NCBI GenBank assembly: GCA_964016885.1
Contig: OZ024745.1
Location: 132,184,001 to 132,248,000 of the forward strand
Length of the DNA: 64,000 bases
Source of the DNA: Eledone cirrhosa
Taxonomy: Eukaryota
Direction of reading: 5' to 3'
Below the pieces are notes generated by a model that saw only the letters and a program-made list of their open reading frames with translations, searched no databases and was not told the origin of the DNA. The translations under genes were made by a program, and so were the position numbers. This document shows, piece by piece, positions 53,601 to 64,000 of the stretch. Each line of letters begins with the position of its first letter. The first letter of the stretch is position 1.

Positions 53601-54339
53601 TGTGTGTGTGGGCGTGTGTGTGTATGTAGGTATGTATGTATGCGTGTATTATATTTATGTACGTATACATGTGTGTGTACGTGTATAGTATATATATATG
53701 TATGTATATACATTGTGGATATATATGTAAACATGTGTATGTTTATGTAAAATAGTTGAAACTCCCTTTAACGATTTTTCCCCTCTCACTGTTATTGACC
53801 CTTGCACTTCGTACTGAGAAAGCAAAACAAAAGAAGATACAAAATATAAAGTATTTAAAATAAAGAATCAAACAATTACTAGAATTATCTTTTTTCTTTT
53901 GTTAAAATTTAATGTAGAAAATGTAAAGCAAAATAAAGGGAAAAAACGTCAACTCTAGTGGAAAACAAAAAACGCCAAAATAGAAAAAAACGCATAGAAA
54001 AAAAAAGCTAACGAAACGAAAATACTGATGATACGGAACAAAAGACATATTTCAATAGGGGAGAATGGAGAAGATAGAGGAAAATAGGAAGATTGATTTC
54101 ACGTCAAGAGAAGATGATGAAAATAAGTGTTGATCAGACTACAAGCGGAGGGATGACAGAGAAATGTCAGATTGGAAGTAATTGTTTTATGTGTTGTGGG
54201 GGGAGGGGATACTTATGTTTAAAAAAGAAATTATTATTCACAGTCATAAGGTTAGAAATAAGCTCCTTGGAATGAAAATAATTTGCTGTAAAGAGCTATA
54301 TGAATAAATGGAATGTACAGATTCAGAGAAGGTACATAC

Positions 54340-54352
54340 ATGTGTATATGTG

Positions 54353-54439
<87 letters not shown>

Positions 54440-54646
54440 GTATGTACATGTATATATATATGTACATGTATATATATATATATGTACATGTGTATATATA
54501 TGTATATATGTCTACATGTATATATATGTACATGTATATATATATATGTACATGTATATATATATATATGTCTACATGTATATATATATATAATTATGTA
54601 CATGTATATATATATATATGTACATGTATATATATATATGTCCATG

Positions 54647-54729
<83 letters not shown>
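54340..54729. repeat. (TA)n microsatellite at the PLE 3' junction
   Basis: Direct reading. Confidence 0.95.
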
Positions 54730-54733
<4 letters not shown>

Positions 54734-55749
54734 TAAAATAACAGATTAAAGTTTAAGCAAAGAATCGCTGCTTTCACCCTTAACGGGATCTTCTGAAACT
54801 AACAAAGTCAATCTGTAAACGCAGAACTGGATATTTCAAAAAACGTTGCAACCGGAGGAAGACAGGAAGACAATACTTTGGTTCGTTGAAACGTTCGCTG
54901 GCAAAGAACGGGAAAAAACGAATAAGATACGTCATTAATAGGAGCGGTGAAAAACAATTACGCGCAAAGACAGAAGCACGTTTATGGTATAAAAGAGGTC
55001 GTAGACTAATGTTCTCTTAGGTGGTGCATAGAGACGTTCTCTGGCAATGAACGAAAAAAACGAAGATAATACGTCATATGTGGACCGTGTAGAACAATAG
55101 CACGCAAAGACAAAACCACGTAAATGGTATAGCAGAAGTCGTAGACTAAAATTCTAACTAGGAGACCGAATGAATCTCCGCTACAGAGTTAAGAACAAAG
55201 TAAATAAATACAATACAGAAGTAATAGAAATAAATAAATACATACACGCAAACAAATACGTACATACACAAGCATACGCAAAACACTTACCATAGGTATA
55301 CAAAACCACACACATATAAATATGTGTGTGTGTGTATGCGTGTGTACAAATAAATAAATAAATAATTATATAAACGTATATAAATAAATAAATACGTAAA
55401 TAACAAGCGCACACACATACCTACATGTAAATACACGAATGTTCGGAGACGAAAGTCAACCAAAACATGACGTACACATATACACACACCCTACATACGT
55501 ACGAACCTGCATACTCACACAGACGCAAAACTCCCATATACACACAGCCAAACCATATGTACCAGAATAAAAAAATAAAAAAAGTTTATACACTATAACA
55601 TAAACAATCAAATATACATACGAGAAGGTATACGTACCTTCACGAAACATACGGGTAAATATACTTACCTATGCAAATAAGTAATGCTATAAACAAAATA
55701 TATACTTAGCTCCCACATCAAGACGTAAAATATCCACGTATAGATCGTA
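54730..55749 (-). mobile_element. 3' UTR/pseudo-LTR of the Penelope-like element
   Basis: Lies directly downstream of the ORF, is homologous to 42934-43760, and ends in AATAAA plus (TA)n. Confidence 0.85.
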
Positions 55750-56847
55750 CTATCCATTAGGGTATAACGTGGGGCTGTAATACAGGAAAGTTTTGTGCAA
55801 TTTATGTTTACAAGCCGAAATTGCCTCAGATTTTTTGTTTAAGATGTGGTCTGTGGCGTAGAGTATTTCCAGGGCCTCAGCGGCGCAGAGGTCGCAAGGT
55901 CTTTTATTTCCGGTATACGATCTAGCCCTAGCTAGGATCTCCCAGTGTAACTTATATTGGGTGTGGTTGTCTTTTAGACTCCAGATATAAGCTGAAAGTG
56001 ACGTCATATTCCTTCTTAGAGGGTAACGAAAAGAATGGGTATGCGTGTAAAGACGCTGCTTGAATCTATTGGCAGTTAACCCTATGTAGGCCCTACGGGA
56101 CGTGGGTGTTACAACCTTACATTTGTAGACAATGTTACTAGAGAGGCATTTCCCGGATAGGGGGCAATCAACCCGATTCCTACAATTACAGTTAGTACTA
56201 ACTACAGGGTTGCACGTGTTCCTACGGCTAGGTAGTTTAGCTAAATTTGAAGCTGTGATGTTATGTGCAAGGTTAGGAGTTGTAGAGTAGTAAATTTTAA
56301 TAGTATTTCTATTAAAAATTTTACTATATTTATGTGTAAGGGGAAAATGCTTCGTAATAAGGAAAAGAAAGATCTTAGCTAATGGTGTGGCCACCTCCAT
56401 ATTATATGGTGGGTTATACCAACAAATGCGACGGGGTCTATTTCTTCTAGGTCTATTTTCGTACTCTGCATATGCTACCTTATCGACAAATCCACTTCGA
56501 GCAAGGGCTTCATTGTAATACGTGGAATGGTCGTTGAAAATACGCTCGTTGGTGGAAAGACGGGAAAGCCTCAACGAAACGTTTCTTACCAGGTTCTTGG
56601 TTATGCTGGCAGGATGGTTGGAATGCTTACTTATGTAATTAAGCGTATCATTCGGCTTTCTATACGGGTAATACAACTCATTCAATAAATTGAGGGTAAC
56701 GTCAAGGTAATTAACGACCGAGAGATTGGCCTCAACCTGTATAGAGAGGTTGAAGCCTTTAAAGAAGGCTGTGAGTTCTTTTCTGAACCTGTCGCAAGCA
56801 CGAGGTCCGCACTTAGTCATGGTCAAAAGACCATCGTCACGGTACAC
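55750..56847 (-). CDS. Penelope-like element ORF, probably Naiad clade: RT C-half (YRDD), Cys-rich linker and GIY-YIG endonuclease; 5'-truncated
   Basis: VYRDDGLL, NYLDVTLNL, PYRKPN..YISKHSNHP, WYNPPY, CNCRNRVDCPLSGKC, NIVYKC..AYIGLT.NRFKQR..H..SF, CDLC and LNKKSEAISACKH; 365 open codons with no genuine ATG start. Confidence 0.92.
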   Translation of the reverse strand: MYRDDGLLTMTKCGPRACDRFRKELTAFFKGFNLSIQVEANLSVVNYLDVTLNLLNELYYPYRKPNDTLNYISKHSNHPASITKNLVRNVSLRLSRLSTNERIFNDHSTYYNEALARSGFVDKVAYAEYENRPRRNRPRRICWYNPPYNMEVATPLAKIFLFLITKHFPLTHKYSKIFNRNTIKIYYSTTPNLAHNITASNLAKLPSRRNTCNPVVSTNCNCRNRVDCPLSGKCLSSNIVYKCKVVTPTSRRAYIGLTANRFKQRLYTHTHSFRYPLRRNMTSLSAYIWSLKDNHTQYKLHWEILARARSYTGNKRPCDLCAAEALEILYATDHILNKKSEAISACKHKLHKTFLYYSPTLYPNG

Positions 56848-57186
56848 GAGATAGAGTTACCTTGGGAGAGATTTAATTGTCCCTATATATTTTGGATTCA
56901 CATCCATCAACTGGGGTTTTTCCGGGGGGGGGGGGGGGGGAGTTTGTCTGTCGGAAAGGTGCGAAACCTGTCCTCCGCTGATCGTTGTTTTGAATATTCA
57001 AAACAAGGTAACTCGATCTCTTGTTATTATTTTTATCCTTTACGCTCTTTCCTGCATTCTTCTACACGCTACACATCCCAACCTACATTCACTTACACTC
57101 TCTCTCCACCACCCGATCTTGTTATCCGGAGATTTACCCATCTGCATTGTTGAGGCTTCCAAAACGACCTAAAGATATATATATAT

Positions 57187-57285
57187 ATATATATATATAT
57201 GTATAATAATTGTTTCTACTTTTGGCACAAGGCCAGCAAATACCCAGTGTATCACTGGTACTTTATTTTATCGATTCCGTAAGGA
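57187..57285 (-). mobile_element. Meta-domain-like SINE 3' part
   Basis: Family motif match. Confidence 0.75.
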
Positions 57286-57592
57286 GTATAATAATAAGAT
57301 ATAAGTATCGTAAGAGAGGAGCAAGCAGACAGGTACAAAGAGGTGCGATACAGAATACTAAGTTCCAATAGCCGAAGTGTGGTGTGCTCGATGCCTTGGT
57401 TAGCAGAGTTAAATATTAGAGGAAGTTAATATTTACCGTATAGTTTAAGCAGAGCAGGAATAAGCAAATAGATTAATGAAGGAGTTACAAGCCGTTAAAA
57501 CAAGCTTTTAACTCCTATTAATTCTTTTTAATTTTTTATTTCGATACTCAACATTTGATAAGATTAATTTTGATAATACATCGAAACCGGTA

Positions 57593-58220
57593 ATACTTTA
57601 TATACTTTATATACATTATATACTTTATATACATTATATACTTTATATACATTATATGCATTATATACATTATATACTTTATATGCTTTATATACATTAT
57701 ATACTTTATATACATTATTTACTTTATATACATTATATACTTTATATACTTTATATGCATTATATACTTTATACTTTATATACATTATATACTTTATATA
57801 CATTATATACTTTATATACTTTATATACTTTATATACATTATACACTTTATATACATTATATGCATTATATACATTATATACTTTATATACTTTATATAC
57901 ATTATATACTTTATATACATTTTATACTTTATATACTTTATATACTTTATATACATTATATACTTTATATAAATTATATACTTTATATACTTTATATACT
58001 TTATATACATTTAGCAGTATCGGTATAGAGTCGGACGCTATGCTTTCCAGCATAGTTACGTCCCTCTACGGTCTGAGTTCAAATCCCCTCGAGGTTTACT
58101 TTGCCTTTCATCCTTACGGGGTCGATAAAATAAAGTACCAGTAATGCACTGGGTAATTGCTGGCCTTGTGCCAAAAGTAGAAACAATTATATACTTTATA
58201 TACTTTATATACATTATACT
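57593..58220. repeat. 9-bp-based minisatellite (TATACTTTA/TATACATTA) interrupted by a Meta SINE at 58012-58190 (+)
   Basis: The array resumes after the SINE tail at 58190-58220. Confidence 0.9.
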
Positions 58221-58301
58221 ATAAAAAAAATTGTCTGATAGTTTGGTGACTAAGAAACTGTTGTCGCACCAGTAGAAAGTAATAGTGAAAGAGTGTGTGT
58301 G

Positions 58302-58384
<83 letters not shown>

Positions 58385-59926
58385 GAGAGAGAGAGAGAAA
58401 TAGAGAGAGAGAAAGAGAGATAGAGTGAGAGACTGTGAGCTAGTATATCTTTTATATTGGTAGTGCCATATTTTGTATGACGTTTAGTTCTCCAAGAAAT
58501 CACAGATAGTTTTAAATTTGAATAGAAACCCATCTATAGTTTTTCTAAAAAATAACTGATTATAAATTGTCATATTGTTTAGTTTTAGGAAAATGGATAC
58601 TGCAGATAAACATTATTGAGGGCCTTCCAGAATAGTTGGGTAGAGAGGTAGAAACACAATTGAAGAGGTGCTGCACTAACAGGAGACGTTCGCCACAGGC
58701 AAGAAACCATGTCCGAGTTAATGTTTTAAAATCTAGTGCCGAAATAATTAAAACCTTTACTGCGTTGCCATTCTACATTGCCAGCTCTGTAGGTGTTATT
58801 CCAGCCAATGGCACGAGAATAGGTTCAGTGGACGTGATGGGCTTCTGTAACGTTTCTGCCAACCATATTTAGTGTAATAGGCTTACGTAGGTACAAGACA
58901 TTGTGTAATGGGTTGAAGTCACAATCAGGTGGTTGTGAAAGGAGATCTTTAACTATACCGCCACGTATGTGAGTGAATTTGTGAAGGCGGAAAACCTTTC
59001 GACTGTACCAGTAATTACAAATCCCTCATTGTGTTACGCTGAATTCCCTTGAGAATCGTGTCAAAGATTTGTCTGATATTTCTAGTAGGTTCAATGGTCT
59101 TCATAGATGATCCATCATTCCTTAAGTACAGTAACAAATGAGGCTATTTGACATATACAGGTTTTATCTAAGGCATGAATAATGATTGAATTGGTATCGT
59201 CTGGTAATTGAAGTCGGGATTTGGTTTGTAAGAGGAAATCCGTTTCTAGACCGGGAATTGCAACTGGCTTGTTTTATACTCGATATATTTCTTTTCTTAA
59301 TAAAATTTCAATGTGTAGAGAATGTGTATATTGTGCGACTGTGGTATTCATCCTTCTCTCAAATGTGTCAATGGTGTCAGAAATATTTGACATCCATTGG
59401 GAATTGAAACTCAGTTGCTCAGATTGCTATCTACTTATTACGGGCATTTTAGAGATGACAGCAATTGTCTTCATTAATTAAAGATGATACCCAAAGTGAA
59501 ATATTTATAACAAACCCAATTTAAAAAAAGTAAAAGAAAATAAGTGTTGAACTGGTAAAGTAGCATTCTATGAAAAACAAGGAAAATATAACACAATCAA
59601 TAGCAGAATTTCAGCTAAAAGCAAATGATTTCCCAAACAACTGTTTTGATCAAAAGAACCGTATTTTCAGTATGACGTATCAATAACAAAAGTTATTTTT
59701 AACTGGGAATCTGGGGGAAAAACATCTATGAGATAAACAACTCTGCCAAATACAATAAACTGTTACCAAAGTGATTCTGACATATATCATACTCAACAGA
59801 AAATATCAAAATTATTTTTGATTATCTTTTTATTATTGTTTTTAATATATATTTTGGCTGTCAATTCCAGAGAATTTGATTCGAAATGAATTGAGAGGAA
59901 TAAGGATTCTTTGAATACGAAATTCA

Positions 59927-59991
<65 letters not shown>

Positions 59992-60284
59992 CAATAATGA
60001 ATAAGAATAAGACTATATATAAGAAGCAGAACAATAAATAACAATGACACTATAATAAGTAAGTCTACGAATGGATTTACTTACGTAGGTTAAATTTAGC
60101 GTTTGTATTTCCTTTAGCAAATGAAATCGTTTGATGTATTTGTCCTCAAAGACTTGCGTAGGTACAAAATATGTATTATAAGTAATGTTTAATATTTATT
60201 TTTGATATTCAATCAATCAAGGATCGTTAATACAGAATTAACCCAATAGCATGTAAACATCAGTTATGAATAATATTTATGCAA

Positions 60285-60745
60285 TAATAATACTCGATTT
60301 TAATTTCCTTGTCTTTCTATCCAGTTCTTTTTGTTCGTTTATATTCCATTTAAGAATGCCTTCATTGTACCTAATAATAGTCACACCTCAGGAATTTACT
60401 ACCCTTATGGCATGTCTATTATTCGGATGTGATTTTATTATGTTCCTTAATCTCCTTATGTATTCAGATATCGTCTCCTTCATCTTATTGCCCTTGATAT
60501 TATCTGCCTCCAGAACAGCCAAATACCTACATCCCTCTTCAGTGTCCTTTATCATCTCACCCGTTCGTATCTCAATTCCTTTGCTTCTCTTCAATTTACC
60601 TCTCCTCATCACTAGGACTCGACACTTATTAACCACAAATTCCAAACATATATCATTGCTGAAAATACAGACAGTGTTAACAAGTAAATCCAACTCCTCC
60701 TCATTTTTCCAGAAGCATTTTAGGTCATCCATGAAGAGCTGGGGT
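60285..60745 (-). mobile_element. R4/Dong-like non-LTR RT fragment
   Basis: QLFMDDLKCFWKNEEELDLLVNTVCIFSNDICLEF..KC..RRGK..YLAVLEAD..EYIRRLRNIIKS. Confidence 0.8.
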
Positions 60746-60947
60746 TGATGGTAAACTCTTCTCTTCCCAGCTTGTATCCTGCTCTCACTATTCACAATAC
60801 GTATGACAACGGTATGAGGGTAAGGAGAAACAATGAAAGGGACAAACTATCTTCTTGAAGATTCCTTTCTTGATATTCCCTCCTCCCAAGGATTCTCCCC
60901 GTGATATTAAGTCTTCCAGGTCTTCATGCTATTATTTAAGAGTAGCC

Positions 60948-61130
60948 TGGTGGATTGGCAGTATTGATGCAGTGTCGTACATGATGCTTTGCAGCATAGA
61001 GTTACGATCATTTGCGTTCTTATTTCAAATCCCGCTGAGGATAGCTTTGCCTTTCATCCCATTAAAATAAAGTACCAGTAATGCACTGGCATAATTGCTG
61101 GCCTTGTGCCGAAAGTAGAAACAATTATTA
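60948..61130 (+). mobile_element. Meta-domain-like SINE
   Basis: Family motif match. Confidence 0.8.
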
Positions 61131-61189
61131 TTATATACAACGCTTGTTATCATTAAAATATGTGCCGAAAGTTGCAAGAGCGGGAGAGT

Positions 61190-61231
61190 TCGTCCTGACG
61201 AGACCCAGCTGAGATCTAAATGCATCGACGA
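61190..61231 (+). ncRNA. Degenerate minimal hammerhead (G12 mutated)
   Basis: TCGTC-CTGACGA-GACCCAGCTGAGATC-TAAA-TGCA-T-C-GACGA; stem I of 5 bp, palindromic stem III ATGCAT, triplet AUC. Confidence 0.6.
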
Positions 61232-61507
61232 TTGTCCCCCTTGATTATGTCGAGCACTGCTTGGTGGTGTTAGCTGCCAGTGTCATTCATAGCTATGGCT
61301 TTCTAAATGTTTATTTATTAACATACCGTATTTCTATAGAAATAGGAAATTCAAATACATATTTGTATACAGCTATGTTCGAAGCTAAATTCTAATTCTA
61401 TTATATGTATATATATATATATGTATCTATGTGTATGTAGATGTATGTATATATATGTATATATATATGTATATGTATATATGTGTATGTATATATATAT
61501 ATATATA

Positions 61508-62345
61508 ACTTCGAGTGGTTTCGACCAGTATTGGCCCAGGCCATGTCTAACTTAATGGCACCACCTGGCGAAGTCTTTCAAATCAGGATTTGGACATAAT
61601 GGCCCACTCAAGTAGAGAGTTATTGTTAACGGAGATGTATGCGGGTGTAGGAGGTTTATCCGGGTTTCCTTGCATGATTTTGTCCAAAGACCTTTTGAAT
61701 TTTATGGGGTCTATTTCTGTTTTAATACGCTTTGGTGTAATTTTAAAGAGAGTGAGACCAGTTGAGGTGAAATAATTGTGCCGTATTGTTCATATGAGAT
61801 ACGTGTTTGATTTTTGTTGCGAGTAGATAGCACGGGGCCCAAGCCTTGGGTATACTTTAAAGATGATGCCAACAACATTGGAGCAATGCTGATCGAATAT
61901 GTTCCACATAATGCAGATAGTGTAACGCTCACAATGGCGTTGGAGAGAATAGAGTTGGAGCTTTACTAGTCGACCCCAATAGTTAATGCCTGTCATGTTG
62001 TGTAACTTTCATAATACTTTGTTTCGTGTTCACAGTGGACAATGTCATCAAACTGATGCAGAAGCTGCGATAGGCAGTTCTTTCCATTACGGAATCCATG
62101 TTGGTTGGAGTTCAGGAGTCTGTTGCATACTTTGATGATATGAGAGGTGAGTGAGATCGGACGGAAATTTACTGCAAGGGACTTGTTTTCCGTTTTGAAA
62201 ACTGGAACAACAGACTGGGGTAGAAAGTTTTCAGGCATATACTCAGCATCCAGTGAGTTCCTCCACAGATCAGCATTAGAAGATGCAGTTTGGTGCCAAA
62301 ACACCTTCAGGACACAAGCAGGGCACCTATCAGGGTCTACTCTGA
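61508..62345 (-). mobile_element. CR1-like LINE, internally deleted
   Basis: NFRPISLTSHIIKV, NQHGFRNGKNCLSQLL, YWGRLVKLQLYSLQR and YPRLGPRA; the 3' end abuts (TA)n. Confidence 0.8.
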
Positions 62346-64000
62346 ATTGTGTTTAATTTCGTTTATTGCAGCTAAGACATCAGGGGCGCCAAACGTTATG
62401 TCCGATATAGTGTGTTACGATTGTTTTAGCGTTCGATTTAATATTTGGTGGTGTTGATGTTCTTGAAACAGCAATGTTGAGTTAATTTTTTTAATATTAA
62501 CTTTTAACATTCTGTAAAAATTTAGCAGATTATATATATTTTATAATTGTACTAATTTCCGACTTCTCCATCTCTAAACAAGAATAGTAAAAAAGATTGT
62601 TGATATTTTTTAAAGCGCAAAATGATGTAGAAAGAGGAAATATATGTGGCAGCTTTCTAAAAAAAAACAAAAGAAATATCAAAATATAAGAAGCTGCCAA
62701 AGTTGAGCACATGTCTCACTACAAATTTCCTACTTAACGACCCAAATAAAAACAAGTTTGTTAATTTGAATGTTTATACTTTAATAGTGGACAGATCATT
62801 GAGGTATTTGTAGTATTAGAGTAAAGATATATTGTTTCATGTGATGCAACTATAGTACTATTTTGTACTTATCAAATATATCTTGCTAATGCGAGTTTAG
62901 GCGGTGTAGGGTTTTAAGAATTAAAGCGTTGTCCTAATTCATTAACGAAGACTAATTGTCATAAAGATCCATGCTATTCACATGATTTAAGTTGGTTATT
63001 CTACGATTAAGTTACGTATTCTCACCAATCATTTCATCCACCTTTTTTGGTCTTTTAAAAATCTTGGGAAACACAGTTACAATGATTTAATACAAACCTT
63101 TAAACTAATCAACCAGTATAATTTATACTTGGCCATTACGGATTCAGGAAACTGCATAGAATATTCTGCATTTACTAAGAGGATTAGCTGCATAATGAAA
63201 CAGGACTGCACGAAATCTTTGCTGCATTAATTATCTGCACTATTATCAGTTGCTGCCAGTTAGCAATGGAATTTATATATGCAAATGAAGTAGTCAATGA
63301 AACAATTCCATTTTATGAGATCGAAGATTCCTTATATTGGTTATGAATGAGGAAAGATAATAATCTTTGATAAAGCCATGTCTCGAAGTATCCTCATATA
63401 ATTAGAGAATCTATATAAAATCTGTTAATCGAAGTTAATTGCATAGACGGATATGCAGCTTGTCTTATCTTCGAAGACATTTTCGGAAATAATTTATTTA
63501 TTGTTATTTTTTAATCATTTTCCTGTGGCACTTTTCAAGGTTTAATTGATTAGGATTGCACCTGATCTGAATTTGATCAGTTGATCTTCAAATCAAATTT
63601 TACAGTTAAATTTCATTGACATGTTTTATTCAAACTCTGTAGTTAGTTGACAGCTATAGAAATGGGGGTTCAAATTAATGTATTTCACATGTGCAATAAC
63701 ATTTCCATCTATAATAGGAATACATATATATATGTATGTATATCAACAGTCGACAGTCGATCAACAAGATCCCAGACCTCGTCAAATCGAACCGAGGAAA
63801 CAATGTTTCCATTGGGCTTTCGATAGCTGTACACAAATATGTATGTGAATTTCGTGTTCTATTCATAGCTGTAGATTACAAAATGTTTATTTATAAACAT
63901 ACCGTATATCGTTAGATATACGAAATTCACACACACGCATTCACGCCCCCCCCCTCTCTCACACGCACGCACGCACGCACGCACACACGAACACACACAC

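Noticed and set aside
55150-55196. SECIS element in the Naiad-type 3' UTR
   Set aside because: A hairpin is present (TTCTTAACT..GGAGA..TCTCC.AGTTAGAA, also at ~43300) but lacks the AUGA/GA quartet, and the retained ORF has no in-frame UGA.

Overview
This is AT-rich, repeat-saturated animal DNA with no recognisable host exon. The repeat mix (tRNA-headed Meta- and CORE-domain SINEs, RTE LINE 3' ends with (GAA)n or (GAT)n tails, long (TA)n tracts) suggests a coleoid cephalopod such as Octopus; this is inference. The only long intact coding region is a 5'-truncated Penelope-like element, probably Naiad-type, encoding RT plus GIY-YIG (55750-56847, -). A decayed relative lies at 39221-40400 and a solo 3' end at 42934-43760. 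The window also holds fossil Tc1/mariner and hAT transposases, R4/Dong, RTE and CR1 LINE fragments, mariner- and piggyBac-type MITEs, and minisatellites that grew out of transposon segments. The most interesting signal is a set of small non-coding elements in or beside (TA)n tracts that carry minimal type-I hammerhead ribozyme folds. These are a 310-bp near-perfect palindrome with a hammerhead on each strand (4245-4554), a retrozyme-like direct-repeat pair 531 nt apart (5950-6650), and variant or degenerate hammerheads at about 43685, 54742, 57551 and 61190. All alignments and folds were done by eye, and degraded-repeat boundaries are approximate.
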